A stretch of DNA of 64,000 bases, taken from the NCBI RefSeq assembly GCF_964204645.1, contig NW_027437461.1, positions 1-64,000 on the forward strand, in the 5' to 3' direction. Origin of the DNA: Tubulanus polymorphus (taxonomy: Eukaryota > Animalia > Nemertea). Within the stretch, counting starts at the first letter, position 1. Every line of letters starts with the position of its first letter. This document shows positions 8,754 to 17,859 of the stretch, piece after piece. The notes below the pieces were generated by a model. That model was given only the letters and a program-made list of their open reading frames with translations. It was not told where the DNA came from and searched no databases. Both the position numbers and the translations under genes were made by a program.

Positions 8754-10220
8754 ATGGCAGAAGGTGTAGAAGATATTGGAATGGATACTTTTGATAAACC
8801 CAGCATAACTGAAGAACAACAACCTAATTTAAATGAAACAAGTTTTAATGATGATGGTAATGAATCAGCTTATAATTCTAATTTAGCAAATAGAGGTTAT
8901 AAAGTCCCATCAACAGATGAATTTGATAGAAGAACTAGATCGAGAATACCTCCTGAAAATTTAGACCCATATTTAGAAAGAGAAAATTTAGAAAAAATTA
9001 GATTTTTAAGTAAGATTAAATATGATTTTAAAAAATCTGAATATAATATAAATGACGAAGGCGCCAGACTTTTAGCACAAGATTTAAAGTTTTTAGATGG
9101 TGAATATTATTATCATTTATCCTATGATTATTATATTGATATCTCTTATAAAAAAGGAGAAAAAATATTAGCAAAATCAACTTTGCTTAAGTCTGACTCA
9201 TTACTATCTAGAATTAAGAAAATCAATAATGATGTTATAACTGATTTAACACAAACAGAAATGAATAAATATTTAATAGTATTTAAACAAAGAATTAATG
9301 ACTTATTTAAAATAATCAAAAAGAAATCGGAAATAGAAACAACTTCTAAACAGAATATAACTTCCAAAACTAGTAAACTTAAATCAAACACTGAAGTTCA
9401 AACTGAAAAACTTTTACCGAATGGATTACTTGATGCAACAGATCAAGAAATAGAAGCTTTAAGTATGTTTTCTAAAAAAACAATTAGAGAAATAATAGGT
9501 ATACGAAATGAAGCCGATAAAATTGCTCGCGAAAAACATATTAGATATAATAAAATTAAACCTTTAGAAAATAAATTATTTGACACCAGAAAAGAATTAG
9601 AACAATTAAAATTAGATAGAGAATTTAAAGTTATTGAAGAAATTGAATTTAAAAAAAGAAATGCATATTTAGAAAAAGAAATTGATGATTTAAAATATAA
9701 CATAGAATTTCAGAAAGAAAAAATGAAATTATTATTAAAATCATATGATTATTGTATTAATAGATTAAAAGTTGTTGTTAAAGAGTTAATACTAAAACCA
9801 AATTCTGACATATCATTAAAAGATAGAATAAAATTATTATTTAAGTTTGAAGGAATAACAATTCTTTCAATTCTAACAGCTGTAACTATGGTATTTACAA
9901 CAATAGGTTTAGCAATATCAAATGCTTTAAAATCTACTCCTACTCCCACTCCTAATAAACCAGATAAACCTCCAGGCAATAATTCTATACAAGATAAAGT
10001 TAAAGATGGTTTAAAGAAATTAGCAAAATATTTATGGGAACTATCAAAGAAATCTGTTGCAGCTTTACCAGGAGTTATTGCTTCAATTGTTGGTTTTATA
10101 TTGAAATCTGCAGGAAACATTATTAACTTTGCTGCTGAACATATTATTTTATTTTTAATTACAGTTGTAAGTGCTATTATTTTTGGTTTAGTGAATATGA
10201 TATCAAAAAATATCAAGTAA
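8754..10220 (+). CDS. Coiled-coil protein with hydrophobic C-terminal helices, 488 aa
   Basis: Acidic N-terminus, long coiled coil, TM-like EGITILSILTAVTMVFTTIGLAI and C-terminal amphipathic/TM helices; ortholog 35331-37757. Confidence 0.8.
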   Translation: MAEGVEDIGMDTFDKPSITEEQQPNLNETSFNDDGNESAYNSNLANRGYKVPSTDEFDRRTRSRIPPENLDPYLERENLEKIRFLSKIKYDFKKSEYNINDEGARLLAQDLKFLDGEYYYHLSYDYYIDISYKKGEKILAKSTLLKSDSLLSRIKKINNDVITDLTQTEMNKYLIVFKQRINDLFKIIKKKSEIETTSKQNITSKTSKLKSNTEVQTEKLLPNGLLDATDQEIEALSMFSKKTIREIIGIRNEADKIAREKHIRYNKIKPLENKLFDTRKELEQLKLDREFKVIEEIEFKKRNAYLEKEIDDLKYNIEFQKEKMKLLLKSYDYCINRLKVVVKELILKPNSDISLKDRIKLLFKFEGITILSILTAVTMVFTTIGLAISNALKSTPTPTPNKPDKPPGNNSIQDKVKDGLKKLAKYLWELSKKSVAALPGVIASIVGFILKSAGNIINFAAEHIILFLITVVSAIIFGLVNMISKNIK

Positions 10221-10259
10221 ACATGATAAAAAATAAATAATTAATTTTTTGTTAAATAA

Positions 10260-11498
10260 ATGAGTGGGAGTTATATAAGTCCCTCTAAGATTTCTAGAAT
10301 ATCTAATGCTATTAAAGCAGAAAGATCACATCATATAATTACTCATAACCCTTCAAATATTAATCCTGATGAAACTTTATATGTTAGAATTCCTAGATTA
10401 ACACAAAATACTTTTTATGTTCCAAACAGTATTTATTTATCCGCTGATATAAAAGTAATCGGTAATAATAACAATTATGTCGTTGATAATGTTGGAAGAT
10501 ATTTAATTAAAAAGTTAACAAGATTGGTCCAGACAGTCTCATTAGATGATTATAATTTATTTATGCATTATAAAGATTTATGGTTAACTAAAGAAAATAG
10601 AAATAATATGATATTTCAAGGAATTCAATCAGAAAACCAAAATAAATTAAGATCAGAAGCTAATAGCGCAATATTAACAAATGATGTAGATAAATTGATA
10701 AAAAGTATATATGGAAGCAAATATAAAATTCCATTAGACTTTGAATTGATAAATAATAATGCACCTTTATATAAATACGCAATTCAAGAAGATATTATAT
10801 TTGAGATAACATTTGCTCCTGTAAATGAAATTGTATTATCTAGCGTTAATAAAGATATGAGTTATAAATTATCGAATATATGTTTAGAATATGATACAGT
10901 AACTGATGAAAATATTTCAAGTATAATTCAAACTCAATACAATCAAGGATTTTCATTATTATATGATTATATTGATAAATTTAAAACTGTAACTATTAAT
11001 GCAAATGATGAAATAATAAATGAGAATATTAACTTTCCTAGAAGATCTATTAAAGGTATATTAATATTTTTTACTATTGGAACATATACTAATGGTGCAA
11101 TAAATGTTGATAATTATTATAATCCTGAAATAACAAAAGTAGAAATAACTATTGAAGGAATAGCAAATAAAATATTTTGTCAAGGAATGAGAATGATAGA
11201 TCAATGGGTAGAAATTAAAAAACATTTTATGAATGAAAAAGTAAAATCATTTGAAAATTGTAACATTAATCAAATTGATTATTATACCGGTAATAAATAT
11301 GCATTATGGTTAGATTTTAGAACAACAGAAGATAATTCATTACATGGTTCTGGGAAAAAATTACAAAATACAAAAGATGGAATACAATTATTCATGACAA
11401 AGAAAAAGGGAATCAAAAATTTTAAAATGCACATTTATATTATATCTGACGCGCAATTAAATATTGTAAATTCACAATTAGATAGTGTTATGTATTAG
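10260..11498 (+). CDS. Major capsid protein (double jelly roll)
   Basis: Size and beta-rich sequence (HNPSNINPDETLYVRIPRL, YKLSNICLEYD, YALWLDFRT) fit a Polinton MCP; highly conserved with copy 2. Confidence 0.82.
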   Translation: MSGSYISPSKISRISNAIKAERSHHIITHNPSNINPDETLYVRIPRLTQNTFYVPNSIYLSADIKVIGNNNNYVVDNVGRYLIKKLTRLVQTVSLDDYNLFMHYKDLWLTKENRNNMIFQGIQSENQNKLRSEANSAILTNDVDKLIKSIYGSKYKIPLDFELINNNAPLYKYAIQEDIIFEITFAPVNEIVLSSVNKDMSYKLSNICLEYDTVTDENISSIIQTQYNQGFSLLYDYIDKFKTVTINANDEIINENINFPRRSIKGILIFFTIGTYTNGAINVDNYYNPEITKVEITIEGIANKIFCQGMRMIDQWVEIKKHFMNEKVKSFENCNINQIDYYTGNKYALWLDFRTTEDNSLHGSGKKLQNTKDGIQLFMTKKKGIKNFKMHIYIISDAQLNIVNSQLDSVMY

Positions 11499-11530
11499 AA
11501 TTTTAACTTTAATAAAAATGTATATAATAA

Positions 11531-12580
11531 ATGGAAGGTAAAGTATATAAACATATTCCTTACATCGATACACATGAAAATAATGATGGTTTATATTATG
11601 TAATACCTTGTAATATAGCTTTGATATTTGATCCTATTTTTAAAAATTATAAAACTAAACTGATAGAAATCGATAATAATAAAAGTGGTGTTGTTAATAA
11701 TTTAAGTAATGTAATTGATAATAATGAAATACCTTCTACATTAAATAATATAATACCTTCTACATCTGTAATACCTTCTACATCAAATAATATAATACCT
11801 TCTACATCAAATAACATAATACCTTCTACATCTAATAACATAATACCTTCTACATCTAATAACGTAATACCTTCTACATCTAATAACATAATACCTTCTA
11901 CATATAATAATGCAATAATATTAAATGTTAGTGAAAATAGAAATTATTGTGGTTATTGTAATGGTGAATTTTCAAACGCTCCATCAAATTGGAATAAACA
12001 TATGAATACAAATTCACATATTACTAATGTTATAGAACGTGTTGGTTTAAGAGAATTTATAGAACACCCATTTAGATATGTTACAAAGTTTGTTTCAAAT
12101 AAAAAAGTAAATGGTGAAAAAATATATGAAGATTTATTATTAGCAACACCTAATAAAGATGAATTAGATTTAACCGATGCTAATGAAATATTAGGATCAA
12201 ACACTGTAAATGAAATATTAGGAGTAAACACTAATAAAGATGATAATGAAAATGATGCCATAAAGCACCCACATGATGATATAGTTACAGTTAAACATAT
12301 TGATAATAAAGATTCTATAAAACTTAAAGTAGAAAATAATAATAAATTTGATTGGAAGAATAAGTTAAAAAATGAAACAACTATTGATGATGAGGTAAAA
12401 AAGATAAAAAAGGAAAAAAAGGTGAAAAAGGTGAAAAAGGTGAAAAAAAATTATAAAGATGTTGATGTAGATTCGGTAGAGCATTTAAATATGGTGTTAG
12501 AGTCATCTGATAGTGAAAGTGATTCAGAAATTGATAGTGAAAGTGATTCAGAAATTAATTATCTAACACTCAAAAAGTAA
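11531..12580 (+). CDS. Polinton protein with IPSTSNN tandem repeats and a C2H2-like zinc finger, 349 aa
   Basis: 24-bp coding repeat ~11728-11910; CGYC...HMNTNSH; basic and acidic tails; intact ortholog 33132-34025. Confidence 0.8.
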   Translation: MEGKVYKHIPYIDTHENNDGLYYVIPCNIALIFDPIFKNYKTKLIEIDNNKSGVVNNLSNVIDNNEIPSTLNNIIPSTSVIPSTSNNIIPSTSNNIIPSTSNNIIPSTSNNVIPSTSNNIIPSTYNNAIILNVSENRNYCGYCNGEFSNAPSNWNKHMNTNSHITNVIERVGLREFIEHPFRYVTKFVSNKKVNGEKIYEDLLLATPNKDELDLTDANEILGSNTVNEILGVNTNKDDNENDAIKHPHDDIVTVKHIDNKDSIKLKVENNNKFDWKNKLKNETTIDDEVKKIKKEKKVKKVKKVKKNYKDVDVDSVEHLNMVLESSDSESDSEIDSESDSEINYLTLKK

Positions 12581-12638
12581 TAAAGGTTGAAAATTGTATA
12601 AAATAATAGTAAATAAAAAAAAGGGTTTAAATTATTTA

Positions 12639-12708
12639 AGGTATCTAATAGGGTAACAGGTATTAGGGTATCAGGTATTAGGGTATCAGGTATTAGGGTA
12701 TCTAATAC
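12639..12708. repeat. 15-bp GGGTATCAGGTATTA tandem repeat between convergent gene blocks
   Basis: Seen directly; a rearranged version lies at ~32995-33075 in copy 2. Confidence 0.8.
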
Positions 12709-12724
12709 ATTGGTATACAAATAG

Positions 12725-13336
12725 TTATTTTATAAATTTATATTCATATGGAAATTGTAATCTCATTAATAATTTTGAACCTTTATTATTCTTTAATTTA
12801 TTCATATATTCATCATGTAATTCAGGAGGTATAATTTGATTTTCTTCTAATGATTGTTGCATAGATTTTCTATCTTTGTTATAAAATAAAACTAGAAATC
12901 TTATATTCTCTCTAAAATCTTTCACAATTGAATTATATTTCTGATTTAAAACCCAAGTTGTTATCCCAAAATGTCTACCAGAGAAAGCTAAATAACATAA
13001 CTCACTTTCTCTAATTTTAGAATCATGTAAATTTGCGCAATCATCTATAATGAATAATGTATTTGATCCTTTAAAAATATCTAATGCAATTTTAATACAA
13101 TTATCTAAATTTTCTTTTACTGTTTTAGGATCTAATATAATAAACTTTTTTATCTTAACTATATCTCTATTATACGTTTCATTCATTTCATATGTAGGAC
13201 AGAATAATATTATATTATCAAAATGATTCTTATAAATAGTTTCTAACAAATCTAATATGAAGTGTGTTTTACCACAATTTGTAACTCCAGTAACTAACAT
13301 ATTATGTGGTTCAAATATAAATAAATCTTTATTCAT
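12725..13336 (-). CDS. DNA packaging ATPase (A32/FtsK-HerA family)
   Basis: Walker A GVTNCGKT, Walker B LFIIDD, arginine-finger motif SGRHFGITTWVLNQ. Confidence 0.92.
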   Translation of the reverse strand: MNKDLFIFEPHNMLVTGVTNCGKTHFILDLLETIYKNHFDNIILFCPTYEMNETYNRDIVKIKKFIILDPKTVKENLDNCIKIALDIFKGSNTLFIIDDCANLHDSKIRESELCYLAFSGRHFGITTWVLNQKYNSIVKDFRENIRFLVLFYNKDRKSMQQSLEENQIIPPELHDEYMNKLKNNKGSKLLMRLQFPYEYKFIK

Positions 13337-14444
13337 TTATTCTTTTAATTTTACTAGATAAAATCCATTCATTAAATTTATCATCATATCCTTTATATTT
13401 CACCAAAGAATACTTTTTTCCTTTAAGAGTTTTTGTTTTCAATACTTTTTCTATTTTGTATTCTATTTCATCTGGATTTGGTACTAATGATAATTCTTGT
13501 TCATAGAAATAACCTAATATTTCTTCATCTTTTAGATCTTCTAGTTTATAAACAAATGGTTTAGTTAATATTATCTTTTTAATTTTAAATATTTCTTCAG
13601 TAAAATTAGGGGTATAACCTTTATAAAATGTTTTTCGATATTTAGATATTCTAACATGTTGTCCTATTTTAAATTTAGGTTCTCCAAAATCGTGTGTAAC
13701 AAATGCGCCATATAAATTATTCCAAACTATTTCCGAATTATCTTCTTTTCTAGCTTGTATAGGTTTCATATTTATAGAACTATGTTTAGAATTATTATAA
13801 CCTTTAACTAAATCATCTAACACATTGATATATTTATATGTTTCATTAGCAGTAAAATATTTCCACATTCTAGTTTTCAATGTTTTATTAAATCTTTCTA
13901 TAACGGATGCTTTTTTATCTGAATGTGTTGAAAAATATTCTACATCGTTATCAGATAATAGTTTTTTGAAATGTTTGTTATAAAATTCCTTACCTTCATC
14001 AAATTGTATCTTATCTGGAATAGCTTCTTTAAATATAGATTTAAAAGCATTTGTAACTTCTATACCAGTTTTATTTTTAATCGGGATACTCCATGCGTAT
14101 CTACTGAATATATCTATAACATTTAATATCCAAAAATATCCTTTGTTATATTCTTCTAAGTTTTTCATATCAATTAAATCAGCTTGCCATTGTTGGTCAA
14201 TATATGAAACCATTACTTTTCTTGTTAAATATTTTTTATCCATCTTTTTATGAATTTGATATGTGGGTTGATTTTGTAACCATGATTTTAATTCACTATA
14301 TTTTATACCACCATGTGGGTGCCGTACGGCACCATCACTATTATCAGATTTAATTTTATTCCATAATTCTGAAACGTTAGAATATGATACTTCACTTTCT
14401 GGGTTATAATATAAATCTCTCAAATATTGTTCTTTTTTCATCAT
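13329..14444 (-). CDS. int: Retroviral-type (RVE) integrase with C-terminal chromodomain
   Basis: WQADLIDM, IDIFSRYAW, IQFDEGKEF, VIERFNKTLK (DDE); C-terminal YKIEKVL...LVKYKGYDDKFNEWI. Confidence 0.95.
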   Translation of the reverse strand: MMKKEQYLRDLYYNPESEVSYSNVSELWNKIKSDNSDGAVRHPHGGIKYSELKSWLQNQPTYQIHKKMDKKYLTRKVMVSYIDQQWQADLIDMKNLEEYNKGYFWILNVIDIFSRYAWSIPIKNKTGIEVTNAFKSIFKEAIPDKIQFDEGKEFYNKHFKKLLSDNDVEYFSTHSDKKASVIERFNKTLKTRMWKYFTANETYKYINVLDDLVKGYNNSKHSSINMKPIQARKEDNSEIVWNNLYGAFVTHDFGEPKFKIGQHVRISKYRKTFYKGYTPNFTEEIFKIKKIILTKPFVYKLEDLKDEEILGYFYEQELSLVPNPDEIEYKIEKVLKTKTLKGKKYSLVKYKGYDDKFNEWILSSKIKRINE

Positions 14445-14447
14445 ATT

Positions 14448-14837
14448 TTAATCCATTAATAATATTTTAGATTTATTTTCATTTGATTTATGATTTGACT
14501 TATTTTCTGGTATAATAGGTTTATTGTCTGTACACGGATAACTAAGTTTCCGATCATCATTGGAATCATCTTTATCATCAGATTTGAATTTTGATTTATA
14601 TATTACACCGGATAATATAATAACTGTTACTAATCCAATTGTAATATATAATTTATAATTACTTCCAGCATTAGAAGAATTAGATGGATTATTATTTGAA
14701 TCAATACCATCAGATTCATTTATATCAGATAATTTCTTTTTCTTAGCTTTTTTTAATTCTGATGATCTTTTACCTAATTCTCTTGCCCATTTAATTTGTT
14801 TCTCGGATCTAGCCTTTTTCTTAACTCCATCACTCAT
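14448..14837 (-). CDS. Polinton single-TM protein, 129 aa
   Basis: Basic N-terminus, TM LYITIGLVTVIILSGVIY; ortholog 30915-31283. Confidence 0.75.
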   Translation of the reverse strand: MSDGVKKKARSEKQIKWARELGKRSSELKKAKKKKLSDINESDGIDSNNNPSNSSNAGSNYKLYITIGLVTVIILSGVIYKSKFKSDDKDDSNDDRKLSYPCTDNKPIIPENKSNHKSNENKSKILLMD

Positions 14838-15438
14838 TTATTTTAGTTAATTTTTGTTCTGATTCATTTTCTGTTTCGACATTTGGTTGTAGTACAGCGT
14901 CATCTGTTTCGTTCTTACCTGATTTATATTCCATAGGTTTGATGTTCGAAAATGTTATAACTCCAGTAGAAATCAATGTCATAACCGATCCTAATTGAAA
15001 TGAAGCATAACCAACCCATTTTTGTAATTCAGTCATAACTAAATAGTCATTTTTCAAATCATTATATAATTTATTTTCATCATCAATTGGTATTAACTGG
15101 TTACATAATTTTGATTAACATTTGACAATACCATTAGAAATAGAATCATTTATTCTAGCTAATCTTGACTCTTCATAAATCTTAAAATATTTTATTACTT
15201 GATCGGGTTTCATAGCATCTAGTTCTTGAAAAGTTATTATTTTTCCCAAGAAATCCTTAGATTTCCCGCCAGCAATTAATAATTCAAGATGATGCTTACA
15301 ATATAAATAGTATTCATAATCTATATTGTTATTAACTTGAATAGAATTAGAAACAACTGTATCCTTATTATCACTAATACCTAAATCATCTAATGTTTTT
15401 TCAATATCAATACTATTCTTACTCGATTTCTTTGACAT
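14830..15438 (-). pseudogene. Polinton hypothetical gene (~202 codons) split by one in-frame TAA at 15115-15117
   Basis: ORFs 15115-15438 and 14830-15057 are in one frame and read through as ...IVKC*SKLCNQLIPIDDENKLYNDLKNDY...; ortholog 30370-30922. Confidence 0.75.
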
Positions 15439-15741
15439 TTATATTAGAGGAAAAAAGCAAAAAAATATTATAAGTATTCTTCAAATGATACTAGCTAGTT
15501 AAAGTTAAAGAATTCTAGTATTGACTACTGATACTAGCTATTTGAATTTAAAGAATTTCTATTCGGATCTATTCAAAATATAAAGTATTCTCTTTTTGAA
15601 AAGAAAATATTAAAAATATAATAGAATTCGATAGCTAGTTGAAGTTATTGTTTTTTAAATACTTTTTATTTAAATTAGGATTTGATATCTCACTACTTTT
15701 GTTTATCTATTAGGAGCAGTAGTTATAACTGTCCAGATAAG

Positions 15742-16416
15742 TCATTTCGGATCCTTGATATCAAATTCCTCAACGTATCGTTCATTATTTGGATTATTGT
15801 TCCATTGATCAATAAATTTCTTTGCCTTTGTTAACTGTTCTAAATATAACTGTAAATCTAGTTTATTAGATTTGATTTGATTTTCTTTCTTTTCTAAAGG
15901 TCTTAAATTTTTCCAACCCCAAATAAGTTTCTTATTGTATTCATCATTCATTTTAAATTTAGATATTGGTAACACGTGATCAATATGGTAATAATCCCCA
16001 TAATTATCTATATTCATTTTATCATCGAATTGAAATATAATCCATGATTTGAGAAATTCATCTGAACAACCCAATAAATTAGATAGTGTTTCTGAATATG
16101 TTTCTTTGTTGAATAATTGTGTTAATCTAGACCTTAAGCATTGTTTCAATCTAAAATTAAGATCTGTTTGATATCTTTCTCTCATATATTCTGTCATATA
16201 ATCATTATAAGATTCTCTATTATCTTCTCGGTATTGTTTGGTATATAGTTTAATGCAAGTTTTACAGTAATATTGAAAACCATCTTTGCTAATCTTACGC
16301 TTACTAAATTCTGTTAATGATTTATCTAATTCACATTTAGAACACTTTTTGTAATATATGTTTATAACACCAGTGTTATTTGTAATATTGATAATTTGTG
16401 GTTGTTCTGGTTCCAT
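15742..16416 (-). CDS. HNH-family endonuclease with N-terminal zinc ribbon
   Basis: KKCSKC...CKTC; YHIDHVLP...NLRPLEKKENQIKSNK, an HNH-like pattern seen in phage and large-virus nucleases. Confidence 0.8.
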   Translation of the reverse strand: MEPEQPQIINITNNTGVINIYYKKCSKCELDKSLTEFSKRKISKDGFQYYCKTCIKLYTKQYREDNRESYNDYMTEYMRERYQTDLNFRLKQCLRSRLTQLFNKETYSETLSNLLGCSDEFLKSWIIFQFDDKMNIDNYGDYYHIDHVLPISKFKMNDEYNKKLIWGWKNLRPLEKKENQIKSNKLDLQLYLEQLTKAKKFIDQWNNNPNNERYVEEFDIKDPK

Positions 16417-16555
16417 TTATTATACGTATTTTTTTACTAAATTGGTTAATATTTTAGAATCCTCTTCCATTTCTTCGATCAGCGTCATACTTTTTCATTC
16501 CTCGCTGCTTTTGATAAGTTGTTTCGATTCCTTGATATCTAAATAATACCACTGG

Positions 16556-16898
16556 GCAAAACCGCGCATTCATGCGCGCTTTTGCTTAATGCGCATGCGT
16601 TAATCATAATTATATATTCATTCTGTAAATTCTGTGAAATAGAAACAACTGAACATAGAAAATTCAAACGTATGTACACTAAGCAAAACCGCTCTTATAG
16701 GAGCGTTTTTGATCAATGCGCATGCGCTAATCATAATTATATATTCATTCTGTGAAATAGAAACAACTGAACATAGAAAATTCAAACACATATGCATGAG
16801 GCAAAACCGCTCTTATAGGAGCGCTTTTGCTTAATGCGCATGCGCTAATCATAATTATATATTCATTCTGAATAGAAACGACCGAACATAAAAATTCA
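16556..16898. repeat. Three ~120-bp tandem repeats, each with a hairpin and a GCGCATGCG motif
   Basis: Units start at 16556, 16683 and 16801; a single unit in copy 2 at ~27565-27655. Confidence 0.85.
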
Positions 16899-16969
16899 TC
16901 AATCAGATTTACACAATACATTATACAAGTTGTTCGGCCGTTTCTTCTAATACATCATTTGATTTCTAT

Positions 16970-17190
16970 AAATACAATTTATAATTACAAACATTTTTTC
17001 AATTGCTGGTAAATATTTAACTACATCAACAAATGTTAAACTTAATCATTGGAGTCTTAATGTTTTTGAAATTCTTATATAGTTTCTTCGACGATCTTTT
17101 GGCGATTCTATTGGTTTGATATCCATTGCTGTTGATTCCTCAGTCAGAAAGAGTATCTTGAGTTTCTCTATCACTTCTTGATGCGTATGG
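16970..17190 (-). pseudogene. Internally deleted remnant homologous to the copy 2 accessory gene 28798-29528
   Basis: Minus strand reads LSLTFVDVVKYLPAIEKM vs LGLAFSEVVRYLPEIEEM; GATAGAGAAACTCAAGA vs GATAGTGAAACTCAGGA near the 5' part. Confidence 0.55.
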
Positions 17191-17598
17191 CGTTTTATTA
17201 ATCTAAAAGATATTAGCGGCAACTCTAGCCATCTAAAAGATATACTAAATACACTTAAATATATCTAAAGGTTTCATATTTAATAGCCCTAATAACTACA
17301 ACAAACAGTACTTACATTTAGATTTATAATTGTAAACTATAAACTCCTTATTTCGTTTCGAAAGATAGAATATCCTGAGCACAATATTACAGCGTATGTC
17401 CATTTCCGAGGCGATTTCTAGAATGAACATGTTGATTATGCCACGTCATCTAGTTCCGGCACGCCTTTCTAGAATATTCTACACGTTTCTGATTATGATG
17501 CGTCATCTCCATTCAGAGTTCCAGCACAATTTGTAATATTATGAGTCATAATGTCTCGTTGTTATAGTAACAACTGTAACAGCTGTGAATTTATCGAT

Positions 17599-17859
17599 TT
17601 ATTCTATAGCTCTGTACATTGAATGTATATAGGCTAAAATAGAATCATTTTCTAGTATAAACATCATATCCTCAACGTATTGTTCATTATTTGGATTAGT
17701 GTTCCATAATTCAATAAATTTCTTTCCTTTTGTTAACTGTTCTGAATATTCTAATTTCAATTTATTCTCTAAATGTGTTATAGTTTTATTGTGTCTTGCT
17801 TTTTGGGATTTATCTATACTTATCTTACATGTTGGGTAGTAGTATTTATTTGCTTCCAT
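17599..17859 (-). CDS. Chimeric mini-ORF: pPolB N-terminal zinc finger (in TIR) fused to a duplicated HNH C-terminus
   Basis: MEANKYY...HLENKLKLEY matches the pPolB start (52476); SEQLTKGKKFIELWNTNPNNEQYVE matches the HNH C-terminus. Confidence 0.55.
   Translation of the reverse strand: MEANKYYYPTCKISIDKSQKARHNKTITHLENKLKLEYSEQLTKGKKFIELWNTNPNNEQYVEDMMFILENDSILAYIHSMYRAIE

Noticed and set aside
9146-12261. Antisense ORFs over Polinton genes (also 7131-7337, 33286-33642, 35275-36390, 47149-47457)
   Set aside because: Shadow frames of codon-biased genes with non-ATG starts and no TAAATG; conservation is explained by the sense gene.
16556-16898. CRISPR-like array (also 29600-29958 and 26283-26890)
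   Set aside because: Whole units repeat without unique spacers, no cas genes, eukaryotic context.
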